Source: an uncultured candidate division Zixibacteria bacterium
GTDB lineage: Bacteria > Zixibacteria > MSB-5A5 > GN15 > FEB-12
Reading direction: 5' to 3'
NCBI GenBank assembly: GCA_963735035.1
Contig: CAVTJJ010000004.1
Span: 512,001 to 576,000 of the forward strand
Length of the DNA stretch: 64,000 nucleotides
The number at the start of each line of letters is the position of its first letter. Position 1 is the first letter of the stretch. Positions 31,348 to 42,475 of this stretch are shown here, one piece after another. Both the position numbers and the translations under genes were made by a program. The notes below the pieces were generated by a model. It searched no databases. It was not told where the DNA came from and saw nothing but the letters and a program-made list of their open reading frames with translations.

Positions 31348-33306
31348 ATGCTAATGTCGATGGACCAAGAGAACCGGCGCCCTTCTGAGCGTAGCGATGC
31401 ACAAGTTTCACGCGACGCCTATGCGAATTACGAGCTTCCAGTTGAAGGATTCAAGGGGACTGCGGAGGAGGTCGAGAATCAGTGGTATGAGAAATGCTAT
31501 GTTGGCCGTGGCGACACGGTCAAACAGCTCACCTGGCGAGCCATCATCATGGGATGGGTATTGGGATCGGTACTCTCACTGACCAACATCTACATCGGTC
31601 TCAAAGCCGGCTGGGGATTTGGCGTAGCGATCACGGCGTGCATTCTTTCTTACGCCATCTGGACCACTTTCTACAAGCTGAGATTCGCCAAGTCCCAGAT
31701 GACTATTCTGGAAAACAACTGTATGCAGTCCACGGCCAGCGCCGCGGGCTACTCTACCGGCGGTACTCTGATTTCGGCCTTTGCCGCCTACATAATGATC
31801 TACAATCAGACCCTGTCAGTCGGGGTCATGCTGGGCTGGGTTTTCTTCATCGCCATTCTTGGGGTGACCATGGCTGTACCCATGAAGCGGCAAATGATCA
31901 ATGTCGAGCAGCTACGATTTCCCAGCGGGATAGCGGCCGCCGAGACGCTTCGGGCGCTTCATGCCACCGGAGATAAAGGGATGCGTGCCGCCCGTGCCCT
32001 GGGTATCGCCGGGCTTCTTGCCATGGTAAGCGAGTTTGTAACCAATGGCCTTGTTCGCATCAGCACCAGCCTTGAATCTTTTCAGATTTCCACTTTGGTC
32101 GCCAGACTCAGCACCTCGACTCTCGGAGAAGCGTGGGTTGGCCGGACGGTAACGCTCGCCTGGGATCCGATCTTCATCGCTGCCGGGATGTTTGTAGGCA
32201 TGCGGGTGGCGGTCAGTATGATAGTGGGTTCGATAACCTGCTGGATGATCTTCGTCCCCCTGGTACAGCACTATGTACCTGAGGCCGCCGGGTTGTCCGG
32301 TTTCCGAACCCTGGTTCAGTGGACCCTCTGGGGCGGTACCGCCTGCATGGTCACCTCGGGGATCCTATCGGTGTTGTTCCAGTGGAGAAGTGCCATGCGC
32401 GCGTTCCAGGGACTGGGAGACATGTTCACGAAGAGCAGCGACAAAAAGCGTGACAAACTTGCCGAGATCGAAACTCCCGGCTCGTGGTTCATCATCGGGC
32501 AATTCGTGGCGTTGGTCGGCCTCGCTTTCATGGCGAAAGCTACTTTCGGTATGCCCTATTGGCAGAGCTTTATCGCAGTAATTCTGAGTTTTGCGCTGGC
32601 TCTGGTGGCCTGTCGTGTGACGGGTGAGACGGACACGACACCGGTGGGAGCGATGGGCAAGATCACCCAGCTCACGTTCGGCGCCCTTTCTCCGGGACAA
32701 ATGAATGTGAACCTAATGGCGGCCAACATCACCGCCGGGGCGGCAACTTCCTCGGCCGACTTACTTACCGACCTGAAGAGCGGGTATCTGCTTGGCGCTA
32801 ATCCGCGGAAGCAGTTTATCGCGCAGTTTGCGGGAATCTTCATAGGAACGCTTGTTACCGTGGCGGCTTTCCGCATTCTGGTGCCCAATGCGAGTGTGCT
32901 GGGCACGGATCAATTTCCCGCTCCAGCGGCGCAGACCTGGAAGGGTGTTGCTGAAGCCATGGCGCTGGGGCTCGGCGCCATGCACCCGGTGAAGATTTGG
33001 AGCATCGTGATCGGAGGTCTTATCGGCCTTATTCTACCGATTCTTTCGCGCTTGTTTCCCAATAAGCAGAAGTGGATACCTTCGGCGGCGGGTATTGGAC
33101 TGGCCTGGATCTTCCAGTGGTTCTACGGCCTGCTGTTCTTCGTCGGCGCTTTGATCGGCTATGGCTGGCAGAAGAAGAATCCGAAACAGAGTGAGGAATT
33201 CCTGTTCCCGGTTGCGTCGGGTATTGTAGCCGGCGGCGCGCTCATGGGAGTGGTCCTGATCTTCTGGGAGAATGGTCCGGAGATTTGGAAGCAACTGTTC
33301 GGATGA
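31348..33306 (+). CDS. OPT-family oligopeptide/metal-chelate transporter
   Basis: QLTWRAI, NIYIGLKAG, ENNCMQSTASAAG, LRFPSGIAAAE, DLKSGYLLGANPRKQ, PAPAA. Confidence 0.92.
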   Translation: MLMSMDQENRRPSERSDAQVSRDAYANYELPVEGFKGTAEEVENQWYEKCYVGRGDTVKQLTWRAIIMGWVLGSVLSLTNIYIGLKAGWGFGVAITACILSYAIWTTFYKLRFAKSQMTILENNCMQSTASAAGYSTGGTLISAFAAYIMIYNQTLSVGVMLGWVFFIAILGVTMAVPMKRQMINVEQLRFPSGIAAAETLRALHATGDKGMRAARALGIAGLLAMVSEFVTNGLVRISTSLESFQISTLVARLSTSTLGEAWVGRTVTLAWDPIFIAAGMFVGMRVAVSMIVGSITCWMIFVPLVQHYVPEAAGLSGFRTLVQWTLWGGTACMVTSGILSVLFQWRSAMRAFQGLGDMFTKSSDKKRDKLAEIETPGSWFIIGQFVALVGLAFMAKATFGMPYWQSFIAVILSFALALVACRVTGETDTTPVGAMGKITQLTFGALSPGQMNVNLMAANITAGAATSSADLLTDLKSGYLLGANPRKQFIAQFAGIFIGTLVTVAAFRILVPNASVLGTDQFPAPAAQTWKGVAEAMALGLGAMHPVKIWSIVIGGLIGLILPILSRLFPNKQKWIPSAAGIGLAWIFQWFYGLLFFVGALIGYGWQKKNPKQSEEFLFPVASGIVAGGALMGVVLIFWENGPEIWKQLFG

Positions 33307-33343
33307 TAAGCACCTGAATTTGTGTTGACATCAAGAATGTATT

Positions 33344-33379
33344 GAAAGGGCAGGTCAATTGACCTGCCCTTTTCTTTTT
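33344..33379 (+). terminator. Rho-independent terminator
   Basis: GAAAGGGCAGGTC-AATT-GACCTGCCCTTTTCTTTTT. Confidence 0.85.
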
Positions 33380-33649
33380 GATACGAATCGACACTAGACC
33401 GCCACCTGATTGCTATTCGTGCGCCAACTTGCCGGTTTGTGTCGAAAACGACGAGCTGGTGGACGGGGACCCCCGATCAAGTCGGGGGCAGGCTCACTTG
33501 CCACGGGGTGGCCGACTATCTGTCTATCCAATAGGTTGAACAGGACCAACTTCCGCGAGCTTCTTCTCATTCTCAAATCCCCCCCTTTTTAGTTGCTTTG
33601 AACCACCCTTTGGCCTACCATCGCCGTCTGTTGTAACAAAGGGTGTATT

Positions 33650-34654
33650 GTGACCGAGACGACCGCAAAAAAAGAAACCATCCTCTCCGGCATGCAGCCG
33701 ACCGGGTCGCTCCATATCGGCAACCTCGAAGGCGCCCTCCGGAATTGGGTCCGCCTCCAGAACGACTACTGGATGTTTTGCTGTATTGTCGACTGGCATG
33801 CCCTGACCGCCGATTTTGAAGATACTTCGGTCCTGAAAGACCGCATCTTCCAGATGACTCTCGACTGGCTGGCCGCCGGACTCAATCCGGACAAGTGCGC
33901 CATATTTATTCAGTCTGAAGTCAAAGAACACGCCGAGCTGCACCTGATTTTCTCAATGCTGACCACGATCCCGACGCTGACCCGTCTGCCGACCTACCTG
34001 GAGAAGAAGGAGCAGGGCTTGGACTCGTACGGGTTCCTCGGTTACCCGGTCCTGCAGGCGGCCGATATCTGCATTTACAACGCCAATAAGGTTCCGGTCG
34101 GCAAGGACCAGGAGAAGCATATCTGGCTGGCAGCCGATCTGGCCAAGCGGTTTAATTCGCTCTACAAGAAGGTGTTCGTTGAGCCGCAGGTTCTGTTAAC
34201 CGAGATTCCAATCATACCCGGCAGTGACAACCGGAAGATGTCCAAATCGCTCGGGAATCATATTCCGCTCGAATTCACTGAAAAAGAGACCGAGAAGCGG
34301 CTAAGAAGTTATTACACTGACCCGAAGAAGCTCCGTCAGGGAGACCCCGGCACGCCGGAAATCTGCCCGGTCTATCTCCTGCATCGGATATACACCGCCA
34401 ACCCGGTCGAAGAAATCGCCCCGGGCTGTCGGAGCGGTGTACTAGGCTGTGTGGACTGCAAGATGAAGCTGGCGGCGAATCTGAACGCCAATCTGCAGCC
34501 GATTAGAGAGCGTCGCGCCGAACTGGTCAAGCAGCCCGATTTCATCTGGGATGTGCTGACGACCGGAGCCGATAGGGCGCGTCAACGGGCACAAAACGTT
34601 ATGGAAAAGGTTAGGTCAGCTATGAAGATGGCCTATCGAGAGAAGAAGAAATGA
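33650..34654 (+). CDS. trpS: Tryptophan--tRNA ligase
   Basis: SGMQPTGSLHIGN (HIGH), YPVLQAADI, VPVGKDQ, KMSKS. Confidence 0.97.
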   Translation: MTETTAKKETILSGMQPTGSLHIGNLEGALRNWVRLQNDYWMFCCIVDWHALTADFEDTSVLKDRIFQMTLDWLAAGLNPDKCAIFIQSEVKEHAELHLIFSMLTTIPTLTRLPTYLEKKEQGLDSYGFLGYPVLQAADICIYNANKVPVGKDQEKHIWLAADLAKRFNSLYKKVFVEPQVLLTEIPIIPGSDNRKMSKSLGNHIPLEFTEKETEKRLRSYYTDPKKLRQGDPGTPEICPVYLLHRIYTANPVEEIAPGCRSGVLGCVDCKMKLAANLNANLQPIRERRAELVKQPDFIWDVLTTGADRARQRAQNVMEKVRSAMKMAYREKKK

Positions 34655-35454
34655 CCGAAGCGATACTCGACAGTCGCACCGACAACTACCGGGTCAACAT
34701 TGATGTCTTCAGCGGTCCGCTCGACTTGCTGCTTCACCTGATCAAGGTCGAAGAGGTTGACATCTACGAAATCCCGATCGCCAAGATCACCAGCCAGTAT
34801 CTCCGCTACATGGATTTGATGCAGAATCTGGACCTGGAAGTGGCCGGCGAGTTCATCCTGATGGCAGCCACGTTGATCCGGATTAAGACACGCCTGCTTC
34901 TGCCCCAGGATGAAAACGATCCGGACGAACCCGATCCGCGCGAAGAACTGATCATGGCGTTGATCGAGTACAAGAAGTACAAAGAAGCCGGCGAGATTCT
35001 GGGTGATCGGGCACGGATCGAAGAGCATTATGTCATACCGCCGTCGCCGCTGGGACAGATCGAAGGAGTGGTAGATCTTCAGCCGATGACTTCGCTCTAC
35101 GATCTGATCATGGCGTACAAAGATGTCACCAAAGTGCGGCCGGTCAAAGATGTTCACGAAGTTATTGCGCAGCGGGTGACGATTGAAGAGCGGATGCAGT
35201 GGGTGGTGCAGATGATTCGTCAGCGGGAGTCGGCGACATTTATCGAATTGTTCGCTGACACTCCGCACAAGATAGTCGCCGTGGTGACGTTCGTAGCGCT
35301 TCTGGAACTGGCACGGACGCATCGAATCAAGATTTGTCAGGCGCTGCCGTTTACCGAAGTACGTGTGTACCCCGGTGAGGCGATCAACGCGCCGTTGAGA
35401 GATATAGACCTAATTGACTATGCCAATAACGATCAACAGGGTGTGACGATATGA
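34651..35454 (+). CDS. scpA: Segregation and condensation protein A
   Basis: FSGPLDLLLHLI, EFILMAATLIRIK, TFVALLEL; precedes scpB. Confidence 0.95.
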   Translation: MTEAILDSRTDNYRVNIDVFSGPLDLLLHLIKVEEVDIYEIPIAKITSQYLRYMDLMQNLDLEVAGEFILMAATLIRIKTRLLLPQDENDPDEPDPREELIMALIEYKKYKEAGEILGDRARIEEHYVIPPSPLGQIEGVVDLQPMTSLYDLIMAYKDVTKVRPVKDVHEVIAQRVTIEERMQWVVQMIRQRESATFIELFADTPHKIVAVVTFVALLELARTHRIKICQALPFTEVRVYPGEAINAPLRDIDLIDYANNDQQGVTI

Positions 35455-36266
35455 CCGAAGAACAATATCTGACTTCGAAAGTAGAAGCGCTCGTCCTGGC
35501 GTCGCCGGAACCGCTGCCGACCAAGCGCATTGTCGGCGTACTCAACGATCTGACCCCGTCGCAGGTGGCCCGTTCCATCGCGGCGCTGAATACCGCCTAT
35601 GCTACCAGCGGGTCGAGTTTCCGCATTCGCGAACTGGCCGGCGGCTATCAGTACTACATTATGCCGGAATATGAAGGTGTGGTCGAGAGTCTGTTCACCC
35701 GGCGTAGGCAGCTTCGATTGACCCGCGCAGCGCTTGAGACGGCCGCGATTATCGCGTATCGTCAACCTACTACCAAGGTCGATATCGAGCATATCCGCGG
35801 CGTCGCGTCCGATGGCGTCATCCGCACCCTGCTCGAAAAGAATCTGATCCGTATGACCGGCCGCGCCGACACAGTCGGCAAGCCGCTTCAATACGGCACC
35901 ACCGATGAGTTTCTGAAGTTCTTCGGCCTCGCGCGTCTCGAAGATCTCCCCAAGATGTCGGAGATCGAAGAGATGATCCAGGCGGAAGAGCCGCGCCGTC
36001 AGACCGAACTCGAACTGCCGCTTGATCCCGATGAGCAGCCGATCAAATTGAATGTGGCCGATGGCACGTTCGATCCGGAAAGACGCGAGCGGCTGGAAGA
36101 TGGCCTCGGCGAGGAATTTGACGAAGGCGATCCGGATGTTCTGGACAGCGCGGCCCGCTTAGTTTTGAAACGTGGCACTGAGAATATAGAATCACCGGAC
36201 GACGAAATTCTCGAAGACGAAGAGGTCGAGATTTCCGAGCAGCCTGCCGTGGCGGGCGACAACTGA
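35451..36266 (+). CDS. scpB: Segregation and condensation protein B
   Basis: LTRAALETAAIIAYRQP, IRGV, YGTTDEFLKFFGL; acidic C-terminal tail. Confidence 0.95.
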   Translation: MTEEQYLTSKVEALVLASPEPLPTKRIVGVLNDLTPSQVARSIAALNTAYATSGSSFRIRELAGGYQYYIMPEYEGVVESLFTRRRQLRLTRAALETAAIIAYRQPTTKVDIEHIRGVASDGVIRTLLEKNLIRMTGRADTVGKPLQYGTTDEFLKFFGLARLEDLPKMSEIEEMIQAEEPRRQTELELPLDPDEQPIKLNVADGTFDPERRERLEDGLGEEFDEGDPDVLDSAARLVLKRGTENIESPDDEILEDEEVEISEQPAVAGDN

Positions 36267-36304
36267 GACTCTCATCCGGTGTTATCAGGATTGCATAACC
36301 CGGT

Positions 36305-37039
36305 ATGGCCTTAGTTCGTATCAACAAGTACCTATCGATGTGCGGGATTACGTCCCGTCGGGGGGCCGATGACCTTATTACCCAGGGGAAAGTTACGATC
36401 AATGACCTGCTCCTGACCGAACGGGGTGCGGTGGTTGATACGGACATTGATGTAGTAGCAGTCGACGGCGTCGTGGCCAAGCTGGTCGAAGAATTGATCT
36501 ACGTTCTGCTTAACAAGCCGGTCAGCACGATGACCACGCTGGATGATCCGTATAAGCGACGGACGATTGTCCACTACCTGAAGAATCTAGCACAACGAGT
36601 ATATCCGGTGGGGCGGCTGGATTTCGATTCCGAGGGAGTTTTGATTCTCACCAACGACGGCGATTTGGCGTATCGGTTGGCGCATCCGGGCTTTGAGGTG
36701 CCGAAGATCTACGAGGCGCTCGTGAAGGGACGTTTCCAAAAGGATGGCGCCGAGAAGATCAAGAAGGGGATCACGCTGGAAGATGGCGCGATCGGGCACG
36801 CCAAAGTTTCGGTCCTGGGTTACAACAACGACGAGACGAGAATCCGGTTGATACTGACCGAAGGGCGCAAGCGGGAAGTGAAACAACTGTGCAAGGCGGT
36901 GGGCCATCCGGTGGTGCACCTGCGACGTGTTGAGTATGCGGGGATACAGCTTGGCAGCTTGAAGCCGGGGCAGTTCCGGCATCTCACACCCGGCGAAGTC
37001 AGCCGCCTGCGCAAAATGGTGGGGATGGTAAAAGATTAG
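36305..37039 (+). CDS. rluB: Ribosomal pseudouridine synthase (RluB/RsuA family)
   Basis: S4 domain SRRGAD, LNKP, YPVGRLDFDSEG, EGRKREV; scpAB-rluB synteny. Confidence 0.9.
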   Translation: MALVRINKYLSMCGITSRRGADDLITQGKVTINDLLLTERGAVVDTDIDVVAVDGVVAKLVEELIYVLLNKPVSTMTTLDDPYKRRTIVHYLKNLAQRVYPVGRLDFDSEGVLILTNDGDLAYRLAHPGFEVPKIYEALVKGRFQKDGAEKIKKGITLEDGAIGHAKVSVLGYNNDETRIRLILTEGRKREVKQLCKAVGHPVVHLRRVEYAGIQLGSLKPGQFRHLTPGEVSRLRKMVGMVKD

Positions 37040-37065
37040 CGACGATGGTTTAGGGGAGAAACCGG

Positions 37066-37853
37066 TACCCCACAGCTTGCTGTGGGTGTGACAGCCCTGA
37101 AACAGGACGCCAGTCCTGTCATTCCTGCGAAGGCAGGAACCCAGACAAGACGGAAGATCACTGGAGATTGTGCTCAATAAGCATCTTGCTGCGCAGATAT
37201 TTCTCAATGTGAACGTACAATTCACAGCGGTCTTGACTGGGCCCCCGACGCCTCGGGGGTGACGGCCCATAGGCCGTCTTGTTTCTTGCTCCGGTACCCC
37301 ACCCAACGGGTGGGATTATTCAAGCTAGTAAATCGCTGCTCTCGCAAGGAAATACGCGTTCGTTCTGAACGGCGCGCCTAGCCCCGTCATGCCCGACCTG
37401 GTCGGGCACCCATGACCTCTCGCGTTGGCAGAATGTGAAGGGATTACTTGAGAGTCAGTTGCTGGATAGGAAGGTCTTGTGCGTACGTGACGGTCGATAC
37501 AAGAGAAGAGATTCTACGGTCGTCAGTTCTCTCGATTGCATTGCTTCTATCTCAATCGCGACAGCCCATGGGCCCCCGACGTCTCGGGGGTGACGGCCTC
37601 TCGGCCGTCGACACATTCACCGGTACCCCATCAATCGGGTGGGATTTGGAACCGGGCGTACTTCCCCGTCATGCCCGACTTGGTCGGGCACCCATGACCA
37701 CTCGCGTTGGCAGAATGTGAAGGGATCACTTGAGAGTCAGTTGCTGGAAGGGAAAACCAGGAATGGCAGGTTCTCGCCCCGGCGAGCAGGCGAAGACGGA
37801 CCTGCCCTACACGAACTTGTTTTCGGAGATTCGGCAGGGTTGGAACCCTGCCG
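37066..37853. repeat. Cluster of nested REP-like palindromes and REP-bounded elements
   Basis: Contains CCCACAGCTTGCTGTGGG, GTCATTCCTGCGAAGGCAGGAA, CCCCCGACGCCTCGGGGGTGAC, two GTCATGCCCGAC.TGGTCGGGCAC and GGCAGGGTTGGAACCCTGCC, all recurring elsewhere in the window. Confidence 0.85.
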
Positions 37854-37919
37854 ATCAGTAGTGGGTAGAGGGCTCCATAGCCACTATCGCCGCACTCTTC
37901 TATTGCATATATTCCCTAC

Positions 37920-38879
37920 ATGAATCCGCGATGGCTCGCGATTGTTGTTCTCTTGGTCGCTCTTTTCGGCGCAGTGGGTAACGCCGAAACTACGCCCATC
38001 ACGCGAGGCAATTTCACCTACTACTTCGACGTCCCACAGTACATCGATCAAGCTGACTCTGCTCTTCATGCGGCGCACACTCGGCTTCAAACTCTGCTCA
38101 AGAGCGATCTCGATTTCCCATCCGAAGTATTTCTGGTATCTTCCAATACGACGTTCGATAGTCTTCTTGGCGGTCAATTCCCCGATTGGGGCGCGGCGGC
38201 CGCAATCCCGGCCCTGAAGCGCATCGTACTCCGATCTCCGGAAACCTCTCCCGTGAACCGGCCTTTCAATGAACTCCTCAGTCACGAGTATTCTCACTTG
38301 GCCCTCGATTACCGTACCGGCCTGCATTCGGCGCCGCGCTGGTTCGATGAAGGCCTCGCGATGATTGTATCGATGCAATGGTCGTGGGACGACAACCTGA
38401 CGCTTAACCTGGCGTCGGTGACCGGGCAGTTCATCCCGCTCAACGACATCGATCTGGTCAATCGGTTCGGCGAATCGAAAGCCCGCTTGGCGTACGGTGA
38501 ATCGTACATGGCCGTACAGTACTTTTTCGACAATTACGGTGTCGAAGGAGTAAACCAGTTTATCGATCAGGTCGCCCGAGGAGTGTCTTTGGACGACGCT
38601 TTGATGGCTTCGACAGGGTCGAATTATCGTGATTTCGACGAGGAAATCCGCGTATATTTGAGCCAACGTTTCAACCTGATTGGACTGGTGGCTGATACGA
38701 TGTATTTCTGGTTAGGTCTGGCCATAATTGCCATAGTCGGGTTTGTCCTGAAAATGCGGCGGCGGCGTCAATATTATAAGAAGTGGGAAGAAGAAGAGAA
38801 ACTGGCGTCGACCGATTTCGATTACGGCGACCCGGACGATCCGGAAGCGCCGGACGACGAGGAACCATGGCGTCGCTGA
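37920..38879 (+). CDS. Peptidase MA-family (gluzincin-like) metallopeptidase, membrane anchored
   Basis: Signal peptide, HEYSH, PRWFDEGLA, C-terminal TM followed by RRRR. Confidence 0.85.
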   Translation: MNPRWLAIVVLLVALFGAVGNAETTPITRGNFTYYFDVPQYIDQADSALHAAHTRLQTLLKSDLDFPSEVFLVSSNTTFDSLLGGQFPDWGAAAAIPALKRIVLRSPETSPVNRPFNELLSHEYSHLALDYRTGLHSAPRWFDEGLAMIVSMQWSWDDNLTLNLASVTGQFIPLNDIDLVNRFGESKARLAYGESYMAVQYFFDNYGVEGVNQFIDQVARGVSLDDALMASTGSNYRDFDEEIRVYLSQRFNLIGLVADTMYFWLGLAIIAIVGFVLKMRRRRQYYKKWEEEEKLASTDFDYGDPDDPEAPDDEEPWRR

Positions 38880-39781
38880 GTGATCGCCTGGAATATCTGT
38901 TGGCACGTGCGGGGATGGCGCTGGCGTGTAGCCTGAGCGAACGTCAGGCTGCGAAGTTCGGGGCATGCCTGGGGCGCATCGCACATCGAGTGCTGGGTTC
39001 GCGACGGCGTCTCGCACAAGACAACATGCGACGGGCATTGGCGAATTCGTTGACAGAGGATCAGGTGCGGGAGAATGTCCGCAAGGTCTTCATCAATCTC
39101 GGGTGCACAATGATTGAGTTGGCCCGATACCGCAAAGTCGGTACTGACGGTCTGAAAGTTCTCGTAGATGATACCGGTCTTGAGCCTGTTCGCGAGGCGC
39201 TGAGAGGCGGGCGAGGTGTGATTGTGGCGACGGCCCATTTCGGCAATTGGGAAATGCTAGCGGCTGCGATGGCAGTGCATGGGCTTCCTATTGACGCTCT
39301 CGCGCTGACGCAGCAGAATCGGCTGGTCAATGATCTCGTCCAGAACCTTCGCCGCGACATGGGCATTCGAATACTCGAAACGCCGCTCAATGCGCGCCAG
39401 GTGTTTCGTTCGCTGCAGGACAATCGTATCGTTTATATGGCGGCTGATCAGCACGCCCCGGCCGAAACGCTCGTGCTGGATTTCTTCGGAAGGCCGGCGG
39501 CCGTAGTGCGTGGTCCGGCGCTGTTTGCCGTGCGTTGCAAGTGCCCGATTATCCCCATGCTGTTGCGGCGCGATGAAAGTGGGCGTCTGGTGAAGGTTAT
39601 CGGCGATACTCTGTATCCTCCGGCATCAGGCGACGAGGACGCCGATGTCCGGGCTATGACATTTCACTACCTGACATTCCTGGAGAAACAGATCAGAAAA
39701 TGGCCGGATCAGTGGATGTGGACACATAACCGCTGGAAATTGAAACCGGCGGAAAGCAACCAAGACGCAGATCAGACGTAG
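38867..39781 (+). CDS. lpxL: Lipid A / lysophospholipid acyltransferase (LpxL/HtrB family)
   Basis: TAHFGNWE, MAADQ, FFGRPA, PDQWMWTHNRWK. Confidence 0.85.
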   Translation: MASLSDRLEYLLARAGMALACSLSERQAAKFGACLGRIAHRVLGSRRRLAQDNMRRALANSLTEDQVRENVRKVFINLGCTMIELARYRKVGTDGLKVLVDDTGLEPVREALRGGRGVIVATAHFGNWEMLAAAMAVHGLPIDALALTQQNRLVNDLVQNLRRDMGIRILETPLNARQVFRSLQDNRIVYMAADQHAPAETLVLDFFGRPAAVVRGPALFAVRCKCPIIPMLLRRDESGRLVKVIGDTLYPPASGDEDADVRAMTFHYLTFLEKQIRKWPDQWMWTHNRWKLKPAESNQDADQT

Positions 39782-39868
39782 AAGAATATACCGTGCTCTG
39801 ATACTTAGGCCTATCGGCGTTATTGCCGAAGCGTATGAGCGGGCCAACCTGAGGCAAGAGGTTCGTTT

Positions 39869-41137
39869 GTGAAGAAATATGTTATCGGAATTGTCATAGT
39901 GCTCGTGATCCTGGGCGGGTACCTGGGCGTCAACGCCATCTTTACGAAATCAATCGACATTCCGTCGGTGGTTGTGACATCTGGTCCATTGAATATCACC
40001 CAACAGGCGGCCGGGACCGTGGATGCAGCACGAGCCTACACTATTTCGTCGCCGCGCATTCGAAGCTTGCAGATCACCTGGCTCGCCCCCGAAGGATCCC
40101 AGGCGAAGGTCGGCGACACAGTCATTAAGTTCGACGCCAGTCAGCAGGTGGCCGAGCTGACCGACCATGAATCAACTCTCAAAATCAGCCAAACCTCACT
40201 CGATCGCGCCAAACAGGAGTACGCGCTGCAGAAGAAGAATCTGGAATTGGAGCTTCAGAAAGCGGAGCGCGTATATGACGAGCAGAAGCACGAGGCCCCG
40301 CGATTGGCCGAAGAAGCCCGCCTGGAACTTGACTTGGCGAAGCTCAACTATGAGGGGAAACTCGATCAGCTCACGGCCGATGTGCAAAAGGCCGAGCTCG
40401 AAGTTCAGCGCGCGCGCGACCAAGTGAATGTGGCCCAGAAAGAACTCGAACAGATGACCATTGTAGCGCCGATTCCCGGCATGGTGGTCTACCTGGAAAT
40501 CTGGAAGGGGAACCAGATGTCAAAAGTCCAGGAAGGTGATTCCCCCTGGCCGGGACAAGGGTTGGTCAATTTGCCCGACCTGAACGAGATGATTGTCAAG
40601 GCGGTCGTGTCCGAAGTTGACGCCGCGCGGGTCGATTCCGGCCAGCAGGTCATCGTGACGCTCGATGCCAGCCCTGACAAGAAGTACAAAGGGGAAGTCC
40701 GCAAGAAGAGCACCCTGGCGCGCAAGAAGGACCCCGGCTCCAAGATCAATGTGTTCGATATCGAAATCGCCATTCTCGATAAAGACGATCATCTCAAGCC
40801 GGGGATGTCGGCGTCCTGTCAGGTAATCATGGATCAATTGCCGGATGTGATAAAAGTACCGCTCGAAGCCGTGTTCGAGAAGGAAGGCCGCACGGTGGTG
40901 TATCTCGACAACAAGAAGGAAGTCGAAGTCAAGGTCGGCCGTCGCAACGACATGGAAATTGAGGTCACCGAGGGACTGAAAGGGGGCGAGAAGATTTGTC
41001 TGGTCGACCCGACCCTTCAGGACCTGACCATGCCCGGTGACAAGGCTACCGAACCTGAATTGAATCAGGGGCGGCGTCAACCGCAGGGTGGATCGGGTGG
41101 CGGAGAGCGGCCCGCGGGCGGGCGTCGCGGACATTAG
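39869..41137 (+). CDS. Efflux periplasmic adaptor subunit (MacA/HlyD family)
   Basis: N-terminal TM, lipoyl-like half motifs, coiled coil, IVAPIPGMV, LKPGMSA. Confidence 0.9.
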   Translation: MKKYVIGIVIVLVILGGYLGVNAIFTKSIDIPSVVVTSGPLNITQQAAGTVDAARAYTISSPRIRSLQITWLAPEGSQAKVGDTVIKFDASQQVAELTDHESTLKISQTSLDRAKQEYALQKKNLELELQKAERVYDEQKHEAPRLAEEARLELDLAKLNYEGKLDQLTADVQKAELEVQRARDQVNVAQKELEQMTIVAPIPGMVVYLEIWKGNQMSKVQEGDSPWPGQGLVNLPDLNEMIVKAVVSEVDAARVDSGQQVIVTLDASPDKKYKGEVRKKSTLARKKDPGSKINVFDIEIAILDKDDHLKPGMSASCQVIMDQLPDVIKVPLEAVFEKEGRTVVYLDNKKEVEVKVGRRNDMEIEVTEGLKGGEKICLVDPTLQDLTMPGDKATEPELNQGRRQPQGGSGGGERPAGGRRGH

Positions 41138-41148
41138 GTGATTGATTA

Positions 41149-42450
41149 ATGGATTACCGCCATATCCTTCGCATCGCTTCGGACTCGCTCGCCGCGCACA
41201 AACTGCGGACGGCGCTCACCATGCTTGGCGTCATCATGGGTGTGGCCGCAGTGGTGTCCATGCTTTCAATCGGTGAAGGAGCGAAGCAGGAAGCGCTCGA
41301 GCAGATTTCCATTCTCGGCATCAATAACATAATCATTAACGCCCGTATTCCCGAAGAGACCCCCGGAGTGGTGCAGGCGTTGGGGCGGTCACCGGGTCTG
41401 TGTCTGGATGACGGCGCCAATATCGCACAGTTTACGAACCTGGTGTCCAGTGTGGTGCCGCAACGCTTCGAGCCTATCCCGTCGATTTCGTGCGGCGGTA
41501 GCGAGGCTTCAGTGCGGGTGGTAGCCACGGTGCCGTCGTTCGTTAAGTCGTCGTCGATCGACGTAGAACGCGGACGATTCATCACTGATAGAGACAATGA
41601 CGATTTCTCGCAGGTCTGTGTACTCGGCGCCAAAGCCAAGCGCGAACTGTTCGCGTTTGACAATCCAATCGGCCGCTCGGTCAGAATCGGTGATATGGAT
41701 TTCATTGTGATCGGTGTCATGGCCGACAAGTACATCGGGCGGGGCAAAGTCGAAGGACTCGAGCTCAAGAATTTCAACGAGGATGTGTATATCCCGTTTC
41801 AGACGGCGGTCAAGAAATTCGACCGGGCGAGTGGAGGATCAGAAACCAACTTCTGGGGCGGCGGCGTCACAATTAACACGGTGATGCAGGCATACAACAC
41901 GCCGGAGATAGATCAGTTGACGATTACGGTTCCGGACCTTTCCAAAGTACCGGCGGTGTCGAAGTTAGTTGAGCAGGTCATGGCCAGACGGCACTCGGGA
42001 ATTCAAGATTATGAAATAGTCGTGCCGGAATCGCTTCTGCGTCAGTCGCAAAAGACGCAACAGATCTTCAATATCGTCATGGGCGCCATCGCGGGGCTGT
42101 CGCTGCTCGTGGGGGGTATCGGGATCATGAACATCATGCTCGCGACCGTCCTTGAGAGAACGCGCGAGATCGGTGTCCGGCGAGCGGTCGGCGCCTGCCA
42201 GGGAGACATTCTCCGCCAGTTTCTGTTCGAAGCGGTTGTGATTTGTCTGTTTGGCTGTGCGATAGGTCTGGCGGTCGGCTACATCATCTCTCGGGCGATC
42301 GCATTCTATGCTGGATGGACCACGATCGTGTCGCTCTTCTCGATTGTGCTGGCGGTGGGTGTCTCCACGGCGGTCGGAATCATATTCGGTATCTATCCGG
42401 CGCGCAAGGCGGCTCGGCTCGATGTCATCGAGTCGCTCAGGTATGAGTAA
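41149..42450 (+). CDS. ABC transporter permease (MacB/FtsX family), no fused ATPase
   Basis: LRTALTMLGVIMGV, GGIGIMNIML..V.ERTREIGVRRAVGA, YPARKAARLD. Confidence 0.93.
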   Translation: MDYRHILRIASDSLAAHKLRTALTMLGVIMGVAAVVSMLSIGEGAKQEALEQISILGINNIIINARIPEETPGVVQALGRSPGLCLDDGANIAQFTNLVSSVVPQRFEPIPSISCGGSEASVRVVATVPSFVKSSSIDVERGRFITDRDNDDFSQVCVLGAKAKRELFAFDNPIGRSVRIGDMDFIVIGVMADKYIGRGKVEGLELKNFNEDVYIPFQTAVKKFDRASGGSETNFWGGGVTINTVMQAYNTPEIDQLTITVPDLSKVPAVSKLVEQVMARRHSGIQDYEIVVPESLLRQSQKTQQIFNIVMGAIAGLSLLVGGIGIMNIMLATVLERTREIGVRRAVGACQGDILRQFLFEAVVICLFGCAIGLAVGYIISRAIAFYAGWTTIVSLFSIVLAVGVSTAVGIIFGIYPARKAARLDVIESLRYE

Positions 42451-42475
42451 CAAATCATCTGGACAGAGGTAGATC